Virus record (IMG/VR): IMGVR_UViG_3300027418_000009 | Coordinates: 2,217-66,216 of that record | Reading direction: 5' to 3' (one strand) | DNA: 64,000 bases | From: a virus | Lineage: Duplodnaviria > Caudoviricetes | Shown here: piece after piece, positions 9,384 through 18,573 of the stretch | Layout of the letters: every line of letters begins with the position of its first letter | Numbering within the stretch: the first letter of the stretch is position 1 | Translations under genes and position numbers: made by a program | Notes under the pieces: generated by a model | The model's database searches: none | The model's input: only the letters and a program-made list of their open reading frames with translations | What the model was told of the DNA's origin: nothing

Positions 9384-10160
9384 ATGAAGAAAATCGTAGC
9401 ACTAGTAGCAGTATTATTTTCAGTTGTAGTACCAGTTCAATCACAAGCAGCAGACGCAAAGTCTCTTGTTATTATTGATTCTTATTTTGATTCAAGAGTT
9501 ACAACATCAGCAATTACTTCATTAGGAACTGTGTGTAATACAGTAAAGCCAGTTAAAAATGCTACACCTTCATCTCCATACAATCATGGAAATGCTATGT
9601 ATGCTGTGGCAAAGTTGCAAAATCCATCACTTAACATTATTCCAATCTGTGCATCAAATGCCCAGTCTGATGTTTTCCCAAGCCAGTTGATCTCATCACT
9701 AACATGGGTAAAGAATAATAAGTCTAAGGTAAGCGCTGTCTCTATCTCTTTGACTTTTAATAAAACACAAACAGAGTGTCTACCATTTGGACCTTCTAAA
9801 AATGTAAGCATTATCAAAGCAGACGATAAGGCTATTCGTGACCTTGTAAATGAATTATCAACATCTGGAATTCCAGTATTTGCATCAGCAGGTAACGACA
9901 CAAATAAATCTGTAAGTTACCCAGGATGTATTGCTAATACAATGGCAGTTGCTCACGCTGATGAAACAGGAAAGCCATTGGCTCGTGCAGATGTCAACAC
10001 TGACTATTTTGTAAAGTTATCTGATGACGGGTCTAAGTGGTCTTATTCTACACCTCTGACTGGCCTTGTTTCACAGTCTTCTTCATCTGCAACAGCAGCA
10101 CTTGCTGCTATGTGGGTTACCAATCCAATCGCACCAGGAATTGTTAAGCCAAAGATTTAA
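9384..10160 (+). CDS. secreted subtilisin-like (S8) protease, possibly degenerate
   Basis: Signal peptide; IIDS (Asp), HGNAM (His), ASAGND oxyanion motif, SSSSATAALAA in place of GTSxAxP. Confidence 0.7.
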   Translation: MKKIVALVAVLFSVVVPVQSQAADAKSLVIIDSYFDSRVTTSAITSLGTVCNTVKPVKNATPSSPYNHGNAMYAVAKLQNPSLNIIPICASNAQSDVFPSQLISSLTWVKNNKSKVSAVSISLTFNKTQTECLPFGPSKNVSIIKADDKAIRDLVNELSTSGIPVFASAGNDTNKSVSYPGCIANTMAVAHADETGKPLARADVNTDYFVKLSDDGSKWSYSTPLTGLVSQSSSSATAALAAMWVTNPIAPGIVKPKI

Positions 10161-10167
10161 AAGGTTT

Positions 10168-10240
10168 TGGGCTGTAACTCAGTTGGTAGAGTGGCGAACT
10201 GTTAATTCGCAAGTCGTAGGATCGAGGCCTACCAGCCCAG
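10168..10240 (+). tRNA. tRNA-Asn(GTT)
   Basis: Cloverleaf; acceptor tgggctg/cagccca; anticodon loop ctGTTaa. Confidence 0.9.
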
Positions 10241-10244
10241 CAAA

Positions 10245-10318
10245 GGTCACGTAGTTCAGTTGGTTAGAACGCCACCCTGTCACGGTGGAGGTCGACGGTT
10301 CGAGTCCGTTCGTGATCG
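10245..10318 (+). tRNA. tRNA-Asp(GTC)
   Basis: Acceptor ggtcacg/cgtgatc; anticodon loop ctGTCac; GGTTCGA T-loop. Confidence 0.92.
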
Positions 10319-10342
10319 CAAATAAAGTGATATGATTGATAT

Positions 10343-10426
10343 GCTCTGCACGGGACCTTAGTGATGGATTAGTTACCCATTGGATAGAGACCGTGGCGCA
10401 AGTCAGGTGAATTGCCTGTGCAGAGC
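10343..10426 (+). ncRNA. candidate structured ncRNA
   Basis: 12-bp closing helix gctctgcacggg/cctgtgcagagc, two inner hairpins (one GCAA tetraloop), TGATATGAT -10 just upstream. Confidence 0.55.
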
Positions 10427-10454
10427 CTCAACATTTAGCGGTATAATAATATTA

Positions 10455-10727
10455 ATGACTGACAAAGAGTTAGTATTATATAACAAACAACAGTTTAAAA
10501 AAAGACTGTTAGATATTAAAGAGGCGTCTGGGTGTGTTGATTGTGGTCTTAAAAATCACATTGTCTTAGACTTTGATCACCTTCATGATAAAAAATATAA
10601 CATTTCAAGAATGATTCATGACGGATTTTCTTGGGCAGCAATTAAAAAAGAGATTGCAAAATGTGAAGTAGTTTGTGCTAACTGTCATAGGATTAGAACT
10701 CATGACAGATTGACAGGTCAGGCTTAG
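10455..10727 (+). CDS. HNH endonuclease
   Basis: CVDCG...LDFDH...CANCHRIRT. Confidence 0.8.
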   Translation: MTDKELVLYNKQQFKKRLLDIKEASGCVDCGLKNHIVLDFDHLHDKKYNISRMIHDGFSWAAIKKEIAKCEVVCANCHRIRTHDRLTGQA

Positions 10728-10776
10728 TTCTGATATAATAGAGTGTAGTCTGTTTACTAGATAAAGGAGTTTTACC

Positions 10777-11415
10777 ATGGCAATTAAAGGATCAGTAGAA
10801 GCAATCATTGAGGTTGCAAAGAAGGAAGTGGGCACAATTGAAGGCCCTAAAGATAACGAAACAAAGTACGGTGCATGGATTAAGGTTAACTTCCAGCCAT
10901 GGTGCCAATCATTTGTTTCTTGGGCAGCATTTACTGCGGGAGTAAAATCATTCCCTAAGTCTGCATCAACAGTCGCAGCAGCAGATTGGTTTAAGAAAGC
11001 AGAGCGTTGGTCAGATGCTCGTAATGATGATCCACAAGCAGGAGACTGGATCTATTTTGATTTCCCAGAAGATGGTGTAAATCGTATTTCACATGTGGGT
11101 ATTTGCATTAAGAACAACGGTGATGGAACAATTCAAGTTATTGAAGGCAATACTTCAGGAACTGCAAAGGGAGACCAGCGTAACGGAGGAATGTGCGTTG
11201 AAAAGACTCGTGGTTATGTAAAGAACAACAAGAAGAAGTTGGTCAATGCTGTAGTTGGTTGGGGTCGTCCAGTTTATTCTGGAGAAGAAAATGCTCCACT
11301 ACTAAACAAGTTATCAGAAACTCCTGTAGTAGCACCTAAAAAGGCTGCACCAAAAGAGATTAAGCCAGTAGCAAAGAAGTCATCTGGTGGCGGTAAGTCA
11401 CAGGTAGCACTGTAA
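10777..11415 (+). CDS. CHAP-domain endolysin/amidase
   Basis: PWCQSFVSW, GDWIYF, SHVGI, IEGNT. Confidence 0.85.
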   Translation: MAIKGSVEAIIEVAKKEVGTIEGPKDNETKYGAWIKVNFQPWCQSFVSWAAFTAGVKSFPKSASTVAAADWFKKAERWSDARNDDPQAGDWIYFDFPEDGVNRISHVGICIKNNGDGTIQVIEGNTSGTAKGDQRNGGMCVEKTRGYVKNNKKKLVNAVVGWGRPVYSGEENAPLLNKLSETPVVAPKKAAPKEIKPVAKKSSGGGKSQVAL

Positions 11416-11417
11416 TA

Positions 11418-12158
11418 ATGTCTAAAGATATTTATTTTATTGCAAAAGATCAGTTTGGTTTTGACACACAGTTAAGGCCTTATCCTGCTTCTTCTGGTGT
11501 TCCTAAGTGGTTCAAAGATGAACTGCCTTATGAAGTCAGTGATGAAAATAAAAAAGGTGGAACATTAATTGTAAAAGATGGCGCTTCGAATGCCAGTTTT
11601 AAAAAGTGCACACCTATGTTAGATGCAATTACTTCTGGATATATTGTTCCATTATTTACAGATGTACAGGTAAGAATTGAGTCTGATGGATTTCAAAGGA
11701 TAACTTGGAGAACTGTTCAAAATCCTTTTGAGGGGCATGGAGATGTCTTTCAAAAACATGGAGACAGTGCAGCAAGAGTGAAACCTCCAACTGGATATGG
11801 CAAGGTATTTAAGTATATGAACACTTGGATACCTAAGACTCCACCAGGATACTCTACAATGATAAGTCATCCTGCTGGGTATGAAGATGGTCCATTTAGA
11901 GCAATACCAGCAATAATTGATACTGATAGTTCTGTATTAGAGGTAGTTTTTCCTGTATGGCTTCAAGAAGGGTTTGAGGGCATTGTTCTAAAGGGAACTC
12001 CTATGATTCAGTTAACACCTTTTAAAAGAGATACATGGCAGTCTCACTTCCTTAGTTATGAGGGAGATGAACACAAAAAACTTCAAGAAAGAAATTTTAA
12101 CTCAACAATTTTTAATAACTATATTAAGAATCACTGGACAAAGAAGGTATATAGATAA
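11418..12158 (+). CDS. conserved phage hypothetical protein
   Basis: KKCxPMLDA..SGY, KTPPGYS, IIDTD, KGTPMIQLTPFKR; function unknown. Confidence 0.65.
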   Translation: MSKDIYFIAKDQFGFDTQLRPYPASSGVPKWFKDELPYEVSDENKKGGTLIVKDGASNASFKKCTPMLDAITSGYIVPLFTDVQVRIESDGFQRITWRTVQNPFEGHGDVFQKHGDSAARVKPPTGYGKVFKYMNTWIPKTPPGYSTMISHPAGYEDGPFRAIPAIIDTDSSVLEVVFPVWLQEGFEGIVLKGTPMIQLTPFKRDTWQSHFLSYEGDEHKKLQERNFNSTIFNNYIKNHWTKKVYR

Positions 12159-12565
12159 TGTATGAATACTATGTAAGAAAAGTAGAGAATGTCGTAGATG
12201 GAGATACCATTGATGTTCTTATTGATTTAGGGTTTGATATCCTATTTGCATCTCGTGTTAGACTGGCTGGTATTGATACCCCTGAGTCCCGTACTAAGGA
12301 CCTTGCTGAGAAGGCCCTAGGTCTAGAAGCCAAGGAGTATCTAAAGAAGGCTCTAAAGGACGCTAAGTCTGTTGTAATTAAGACTGAGAAGATGGATTCA
12401 TCTGAAAAGTATGGTCGCATTTTAGGCTGGGTATATGTAGATGGAAACACCGTATCACTTAATGATATGATGATTAATGATGGATATGCTTGGGGTTATC
12501 TTGGAGATACCAAAGTAAAAGATTTTGGTGCACTTGCAAAGGCAAGGAAGAAAAGCGGTAAGTAA
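12158..12565 (+). CDS. thermonuclease (SNase-like)
   Basis: VVDGDTID, RLAGIDTPE, KYGRILG. Confidence 0.9.
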   Translation: MYEYYVRKVENVVDGDTIDVLIDLGFDILFASRVRLAGIDTPESRTKDLAEKALGLEAKEYLKKALKDAKSVVIKTEKMDSSEKYGRILGWVYVDGNTVSLNDMMINDGYAWGYLGDTKVKDFGALAKARKKSGK

Positions 12566-12750
12566 TGCCAGCGTATGATTATGTTTGTTCAGACTGTAAT
12601 TTAGAATATACAAAAGTTAGAGGAATGTCAGAAGATGATCCAGGTTATTCCTGTGAGAGTTGCAATGTTCCTCTAACTCGTGTATACTCATCTATAGGAG
12701 TTACTTTTAACGGTAGCGGATTCTATAAAACAGACAATCGAAAGGTATAA
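12565..12750 (+). CDS. FmdB-family zinc ribbon protein
   Basis: MPAYDYVCSDC...CESC...FNGSGFYKTD. Confidence 0.85.
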   Translation: MPAYDYVCSDCNLEYTKVRGMSEDDPGYSCESCNVPLTRVYSSIGVTFNGSGFYKTDNRKV

Positions 12751-12751
12751 T

Positions 12752-13021
12752 ATGAGTGTGATAACAGATAAGATTTTTAACCGTGAAGTTGATGAGGTTA
12801 AGGAATGGACTCTCGGTCCTAAAGATAGATGTGACAGTTGTAATGCTGAAGCCCTTGTAAAAGTAACTGGAATCTCTGGGGACTTAATGTTCTGTGGACA
12901 CCACTACAACAGGATTATGGCAATTCCTGATGGGTACAATAGTATGATGTCCTTTATGATAAGCATTGTAGATGAACGAGAAAAACTAATAGAGAATAGA
13001 GCAAAGGGAGAATCCTACTAA
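12752..13021 (+). CDS. actinobacterial-type small Zn-binding protein
   Basis: DRCDSC..A...LMFCGHH. Confidence 0.65.
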   Translation: MSVITDKIFNREVDEVKEWTLGPKDRCDSCNAEALVKVTGISGDLMFCGHHYNRIMAIPDGYNSMMSFMISIVDEREKLIENRAKGESY

Positions 13022-13344
13022 TGAATAACAATAAATTTTATATTCTGGTTGCCGACTGGTGTCCATATTGCAGAGCAGCAAAGAGTGCTATCTTTGATCT
13101 GGTAGAAAAGTATTACTCAAATAATAACATTGTTTTAATTGAAGATAGTGCAAATGAGTATAGAGAGATTTCTTCACAACTAGAAGCAGATATGATTCCA
13201 GCATTTGTAATAGCAGATGAAAATGGGAAAAAGATTAAGGCTTATGACGGCTCAGATAGATCATTTGAGGCACTTCTTGGTTTCTATGCTGAGAATACAG
13301 GAACAAAGGTTCTTGAAGAAGACCAACCAATTTATAGCAACTAG
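13021..13344 (+). CDS. thioredoxin-like protein
   Basis: ADWCPYC active site; IPAF cis-Pro motif. Confidence 0.8.
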   Translation: MNNNKFYILVADWCPYCRAAKSAIFDLVEKYYSNNNIVLIEDSANEYREISSQLEADMIPAFVIADENGKKIKAYDGSDRSFEALLGFYAENTGTKVLEEDQPIYSN

Positions 13345-13352
13345 GAGTAGTT

Positions 13353-13613
13353 ATGTCAACAGTATTATATTTTACAGCCCAATGGTGCGGTCCTTGCAAG
13401 GCAATGAAGCCAATTGTTGAAGAGTTTGAAAAAGAATATTTAGAGCCATCAGTCATAAGGATTGATGCTGATGATGAATTCAAATTGGCTCAAGAGCATA
13501 AAATTCAGGCTGTTCCTACTTTTATTCTTTTGTCTGAAGAAGGCGAAGAGTTGAATCGTTGGAAGGGTCCAATGAATAAGGAAAAGTTTAAAAAATTTGC
13601 TTTAGGAGAATAA
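13353..13613 (+). CDS. trxA: thioredoxin
   Basis: FTAQWCGPCK; VPTF. Confidence 0.9.
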   Translation: MSTVLYFTAQWCGPCKAMKPIVEEFEKEYLEPSVIRIDADDEFKLAQEHKIQAVPTFILLSEEGEELNRWKGPMNKEKFKKFALGE

Positions 13614-13614
13614 C

Positions 13615-13944
13615 GTGAATCCAGACGATCAGATTGAAAATATGATCCTTGATGGATCGCTAGAGGTTTCTGGGATTGATGAGGAGACTGGAGAGTTTCT
13701 TTATACTTTTACAGAAAAACTAGCAAAAAACTATCCAGAACTATATAAAGATACACAAACATATTTCTCAAAAGAAATGATGTTCCTGTGGGAAAATAAT
13801 TTTGTTGTTATGGATGTTACAGATTCAAACCCTTTGGTTTCATTAACAGAAAAAGCATTGGACAAAGAAGAGGTGGCAAAACTAAGTCCAGAGGTTCAAA
13901 TAATGCTTAAAGAGGTTGTAAGAGTCCTGTATTTTGATGAATGA
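13615..13944 (+). CDS. hypothetical protein (paralog of 613..873)
   Basis: LEVSGIDEETGEFLYTFTEKL. Confidence 0.65.
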   Translation: MNPDDQIENMILDGSLEVSGIDEETGEFLYTFTEKLAKNYPELYKDTQTYFSKEMMFLWENNFVVMDVTDSNPLVSLTEKALDKEEVAKLSPEVQIMLKEVVRVLYFDE

Positions 13945-13956
13945 TATAATTAAACT

Positions 13957-14385
13957 ATGATAAGCCTAGAGTATTTTGTTGGTGCTTTTGTTGGCATATT
14001 TTTTATTATTTTTATTCAAAACAAAAACAAAATAAAGATTAATAAAAAAGACTTTGTTATTAAGTATAGCCAGTCTCACATGCTTGAAATAGTTAAACCC
14101 TTACTTCCACCTCAAGAAGGTAAAAAAATAAATAAAAATACACAGGCATACAAGCATGAAGAAAAAACCAATGTTCGTGTAATAGTTTTAGATGGTCAGG
14201 CTTTTTGGATCAGGGACAACCTGTTTTATTCTGCCGACTTTTTGGGGGATGTGATTGATAAAGACTCAACATCCGTAGTTGACACAATGGGTATGGACAA
14301 GGTACAATTAGACAAGATGCTTTTTATAATAGATCAACTAAGAGATGGGAAAGACAATGATAGTAGCAGTTCAGGGAACAAGTAG
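13957..14385 (+). CDS. N-terminally anchored membrane protein
   Basis: N-terminal hydrophobic helix; TGATATAAT immediately upstream. Confidence 0.6.
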   Translation: MISLEYFVGAFVGIFFIIFIQNKNKIKINKKDFVIKYSQSHMLEIVKPLLPPQEGKKINKNTQAYKHEEKTNVRVIVLDGQAFWIRDNLFYSADFLGDVIDKDSTSVVDTMGMDKVQLDKMLFIIDQLRDGKDNDSSSSGNK

Positions 14386-14707
14386 TTTTAGTGACTACAA
14401 CGTGTTTCTTCGTGCTATGGGTGTTGCCATGTCAGCATTAAAAGATGAAGATCAGTATTTCTATGTTTACTCAGCAGGTCCAGGTGCTCTTAACTCCATG
14501 GTCTCTGAGTTTGTAAACTTATCTGAAAGAGGAATGAAATCTCGTGGAAAGAAGATAAAGTTTTATAAAGTAGCACCAAGTTGGATAGAGGATAATCTGG
14601 TAGATATAAACTACTTTGCATTCTTTTCATTGCCAAATGAGCAGCAATCTAAACTTGTAGAAAAGGCATTAAATCAAAATATTGAAACCGCAATATTTAG
14701 TTACTAA
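14357..14707 (+). CDS. SLOG/YspA-like protein (tentative)
   Basis: MIVAVQGTSSFSDY resembles the IAGSRxFxDY start of YspA-related SLOG proteins. Confidence 0.45.
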   Translation: MIVAVQGTSSFSDYNVFLRAMGVAMSALKDEDQYFYVYSAGPGALNSMVSEFVNLSERGMKSRGKKIKFYKVAPSWIEDNLVDINYFAFFSLPNEQQSKLVEKALNQNIETAIFSY

Positions 14708-14716
14708 GGGAGAGAA

Positions 14717-14926
14717 ATGAATATTACATCATTAGAAAAAATGGAAGAAGTCGTTGCAAAGAACAAGTCCTTGTTTTGGGATGGATGGACAGTGGTAAAC
14801 TCATATGTTTCTGATAAGGCAAGAACTTCTAACCAAGGTGCTTTTAGGAATGGTCAATGGCATTTTCAAAAGCGCTTTGAACCAACAACACTTGGCTGGG
14901 ATATACCTGATAAGTTTGTAGGATAG
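14717..14926 (+). CDS. hypothetical protein
   Basis: ORF with SD GGGAG. Confidence 0.6.
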   Translation: MNITSLEKMEEVVAKNKSLFWDGWTVVNSYVSDKARTSNQGAFRNGQWHFQKRFEPTTLGWDIPDKFVG

Positions 14927-14927
14927 T

Positions 14928-15215
14928 ATGCCTAAGCATGAGTGGAAAGACGATGGACTTTGTTTAGACTATGATACAAACTTATTCTTTGATAAGTATG
15001 AAGAGGATGCATTTCTTAGACCAGCAGTAGATAAACTTTGTTCCACGTGTCCAGTTTCAAATACTTGCTTTGCAGTGGGCATATCTCAAAAAGAATGGGG
15101 AGTGTGGGGAGGAGTATTCCTTGAAAGTGGTATAATATCTAAGGAGTTTAATAATCATAAGACTAAAGAGGCCTGGGCAAATACTTGGGAAGCACTAACA
15201 ATAGAAAAAGGATAA
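14928..15215 (+). CDS. whiB: WhiB-family transcription factor
   Basis: C-x(n)-CxxCPV...C and GVWGG turn. Confidence 0.9.
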   Translation: MPKHEWKDDGLCLDYDTNLFFDKYEEDAFLRPAVDKLCSTCPVSNTCFAVGISQKEWGVWGGVFLESGIISKEFNNHKTKEAWANTWEALTIEKG

Positions 15216-15216
15216 A

Positions 15217-16230
15217 ATGACAGCCACAACAATACTTCATAACACTACTGAACGCAATCCTGTTTTCAAATATTCTTGGCACCCTCAAATTTTGGGGGGA
15301 CAAGGGCAATCACATAGGTTTCTAAATACTCCAGTAGTACCAGGAGAGGTAAATCTTAAGTTAGTAGAGCGTGATCCGAATACGATGGTTTTTGTATCAG
15401 ATCAGCCAAAGGTTTTTATGACTATGTTTAACGGACCATATCACTTTTTTCATGAGACGGTTGCTCCTTTTTTATATCAATTTGAAAAGACTCCAGAAGC
15501 ATTATTCATATTTGATATTAGAAACATGTATGAAATGGACGAAAAATATCTAAAAATGTTTTCAAGACTACTATCAAAACTTAAAGCAAACTTTAGATTT
15601 ATTAAAACAGATGAGTCAACAAATATAGTTGCTGATAACTTTTATACTCAGACCACACTAAATGATGATGTCAATCCAGGAAATGCTGTTTATGATCTTT
15701 GCAGAAAGTTTATTATTACAGAAGATGTAAAGCCTTTTAGAAAGGTTTATCTAAGCAGAAAGTCTATGGGCAATAGGGACTATGAAGACACATTTGTTGA
15801 TGGCCCATCATTTAAAAATGATAACAGGATAGATAATGAAGAAATTTTAGAAAACTTTTTTACTTCTATTGGGTTTGAAGTTGTAAGTCCAGATATAAAA
15901 TTTGAAACATTTGAGGATCAAGTAAAGTTCTTTTATGAAACTGAAACCCTTGTTCATTTAACTGGTGGAGGTGGCACAAACGCTATTTTTATGCAACCAA
16001 GATCAAACATAGTTGAGTTAGTAACTACAATGGTTGTAAATAATAATACAAGAGAGGATGGAATGAAGGACTCAGAAGAAGCCCTACATCATTTCTATTC
16101 AGCATATGCATTCAATAAAGATCACAACTACATAAGCATACAAAATAAAAGCAGAAAAGCAACAGACATTGTAAACAAAATAAACAATGACAAACTTCTT
16201 TCTGCAATATTTGAAAGGATTACCACGTGA
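15217..16230 (+). CDS. glycosyltransferase family 61 (DUF563-like)
   Basis: YHFFHE, KVYLSR, NRIDNE, FEDQVKFF, GGGGTNAIFM. Confidence 0.75.
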   Translation: MTATTILHNTTERNPVFKYSWHPQILGGQGQSHRFLNTPVVPGEVNLKLVERDPNTMVFVSDQPKVFMTMFNGPYHFFHETVAPFLYQFEKTPEALFIFDIRNMYEMDEKYLKMFSRLLSKLKANFRFIKTDESTNIVADNFYTQTTLNDDVNPGNAVYDLCRKFIITEDVKPFRKVYLSRKSMGNRDYEDTFVDGPSFKNDNRIDNEEILENFFTSIGFEVVSPDIKFETFEDQVKFFYETETLVHLTGGGGTNAIFMQPRSNIVELVTTMVVNNNTREDGMKDSEEALHHFYSAYAFNKDHNYISIQNKSRKATDIVNKINNDKLLSAIFERITT

Positions 16231-17219
16231 GCATATCAACAATAAAACAGACAAACAAAGACCATCTAACACACTATGAAGGTTACTACACTATAGAGTT
16301 TGATCGGCCTAGTTTAAGGTTTGACATAGTACACCCAAAAGAAGGTCATGTTGAAGAATTCACTGATACTTTTCCTTCTTTTTGTTCTCCTGATAAAAAG
16401 ATTTTGTTGTCATTAAATATTGGAATGTATAATTTTTACTATACCTGCGTTCCTGCAATATTGTTATCGCACAGAGAACAACCAGATGCAACATTGCTAT
16501 TAGACTCTTCTGGAGTTACTTGGGAAGATGAAAAAAGTTACTATAAGTTTCTTAAAAGATTCCTAGATGATCTTGGAATAAAGTACATCATTGAAGACAT
16601 GTCTAAGTTTAGTAAAATTTATATTAATAACTTTTATTCAGCAGATTGGTTTACAAGATCAGAAGATGAACTTGAACTGCTTTATAAGGCTGTAATGCCG
16701 TATGTAAAAAATCCATCAGTGAGACCATTTAGAACTGTCTATATAAGTAGAGGCAAAGTAGAGGACAGAACTTTTAAATATACTAAGCCAGGAGCCAGTT
16801 TTGCTGGAGACAATAGAATTTTAGATGAAGAAGTTCTTGAGAAATTCTTTATTGATAATGGGGTTGAAGTTATCTATCCAGAAGACATTCCAGATTTTGC
16901 AGATCAGATAAATTACTTTTACGAAACAAAGACATTGATTTCTTTAACAAGTTCTGGAATAGCAAACTCTTTATTCATGAAACCAGGTGGAACAATTCTT
17001 GAGATAGTGACACCTCTTCTTCAAGCAATGGGAAATCCTTTCGATCCAAATAATCCAGTAGATGTCAGAGAAGACATTCATCACATATACAATGCGATGG
17101 CTTACAACAAAAATCACTATTACTTATCAATACAAAATCATGATAGACAATCACAAACTATTATTAATAAGATGCTAAATCATGACTCTTTCTCCTCTCT
17201 TGTTAGAAACAATAAATGA
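16227..17219 (+). CDS. glycosyltransferase family 61 (paralog)
   Basis: VYISR, NRILDE, FADQINYF, SSGIANSLFMKPG. Confidence 0.75.
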   Translation: MSISTIKQTNKDHLTHYEGYYTIEFDRPSLRFDIVHPKEGHVEEFTDTFPSFCSPDKKILLSLNIGMYNFYYTCVPAILLSHREQPDATLLLDSSGVTWEDEKSYYKFLKRFLDDLGIKYIIEDMSKFSKIYINNFYSADWFTRSEDELELLYKAVMPYVKNPSVRPFRTVYISRGKVEDRTFKYTKPGASFAGDNRILDEEVLEKFFIDNGVEVIYPEDIPDFADQINYFYETKTLISLTSSGIANSLFMKPGGTILEIVTPLLQAMGNPFDPNNPVDVREDIHHIYNAMAYNKNHYYLSIQNHDRQSQTIINKMLNHDSFSSLVRNNK

Positions 17220-18571
17220 AAAAATTAATAATATTTGATCTTGATGGTGTCCTTATTGATAGCAAGGGGATGCACTTTGATGCTTTAAATAAGGCTCTTG
17301 CTGGTGTAGATGAAAAGTATGTTATATCTAAAGAAGAGCAGGCAACAATATATGAAGGTCTTCCTACTCACTCCAAGTTAAACCTTTTGTCAGATCGCAA
17401 GGGACTTAGCAAGGAGAGCCATAGAGATATCTGGATGGACAAACAAAGAATAACTGTAGATATGTTTAGCAACATACCCGAAGACACTGAGTTAATTTCT
17501 TTCATGGAATTAATAAAGAAAAATAATATTAATATTGCTGTTGCCAGCAATAGTATTTTAGAAACAATTGAGATATGTTTAACAAGACTAGGAATCAAAG
17601 ATTTTGTAGAGCATATAGTTAGTAACGAAGATGTTAAACATCCTAAGCCTCACCCAGAAATGTATTGGAAGGCAATGTCATATTTCGGCTGCATCACTGA
17701 TGATACTATTATATTTGAAGATAGCATTGTTGGAAGGATTGCTGCTATTGATAGCAAGGCTACCTTAATAAAAGTAAAAAATAGAAGAGATCTAGACTTA
17801 GATAAAATTGAAAAGGCTGTTACTATATTACTATCAAATAAAGGTTCTTGGAAGGAGTCTAACCTGAACGTTCTAATACCCATGGCAGGGGCTGGAAGCC
17901 GTTTTGCGGAGGCTGGATACGCTTTCCCTAAGCCACTTATAGATGTACACGATAAACCCATGATTCAGGCTGTGGTGGACAATCTGGCTATTGAGGCTAC
18001 CTACACATACATTGTACAAAAATCTCACTTTGAGAAATATAATCTTAGTTATCTTCTTAATGCTATAACCCCTAACTGCAATATTGTGCAGGTAGATGGA
18101 GTAACAGAAGGAGCAGCAGTAACATGCCTATTGGCTAAAGAGTTTATCAACAATGACGAGCCTCTAGTAATGGCTAACTCTGATCAAATAGTTGATTGGA
18201 ATAGTAGAGAGTTCTTGTATGAAATGCATAGCAAGAATGCTGATGGTGGCATTGCTACCTTCAAGTCTACCCATCCAAAATGGTCATATGCGAAAGTAAA
18301 TGAATTGGGACTGGTAACTGAGGTTGCTGAAAAGAAACCTATTAGTGATGATGCTACTGTTGGTATTTATTATTGGAAGCACGGATCTGATTTCGTAAAG
18401 TATGCAGAGCAGATGATTGAAAAAGATATCAGAGTAAATGGTGAGTTCTATACTTGCCCTGTTTTTAATGAGGCTATTGGAGATGGAAAGCAAGTTTATA
18501 CAACCACAGTTAATAAGATGTGGGGCATTGGAACTCCAGAAGACCTTAATTACTATCTATCAAATAAATAA
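17216..18571 (+). CDS. HAD phosphatase fused to sugar-phosphate nucleotidyltransferase
   Basis: FDLDGVL, KPHPE, FEDS (HAD); IPMAGAGSRF..PKPLI, WGIGTPEDL (NTP transferase). Confidence 0.85.
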   Translation: MKKLIIFDLDGVLIDSKGMHFDALNKALAGVDEKYVISKEEQATIYEGLPTHSKLNLLSDRKGLSKESHRDIWMDKQRITVDMFSNIPEDTELISFMELIKKNNINIAVASNSILETIEICLTRLGIKDFVEHIVSNEDVKHPKPHPEMYWKAMSYFGCITDDTIIFEDSIVGRIAAIDSKATLIKVKNRRDLDLDKIEKAVTILLSNKGSWKESNLNVLIPMAGAGSRFAEAGYAFPKPLIDVHDKPMIQAVVDNLAIEATYTYIVQKSHFEKYNLSYLLNAITPNCNIVQVDGVTEGAAVTCLLAKEFINNDEPLVMANSDQIVDWNSREFLYEMHSKNADGGIATFKSTHPKWSYAKVNELGLVTEVAEKKPISDDATVGIYYWKHGSDFVKYAEQMIEKDIRVNGEFYTCPVFNEAIGDGKQVYTTTVNKMWGIGTPEDLNYYLSNK

Positions 18572-18573
18572 CA

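Noticed and set aside
10380-10454. N-terminal extension of the HNH ORF
   Set aside because: It overlaps the structured RNA; a better leaderless ATG lies at 10455 after TATAAT
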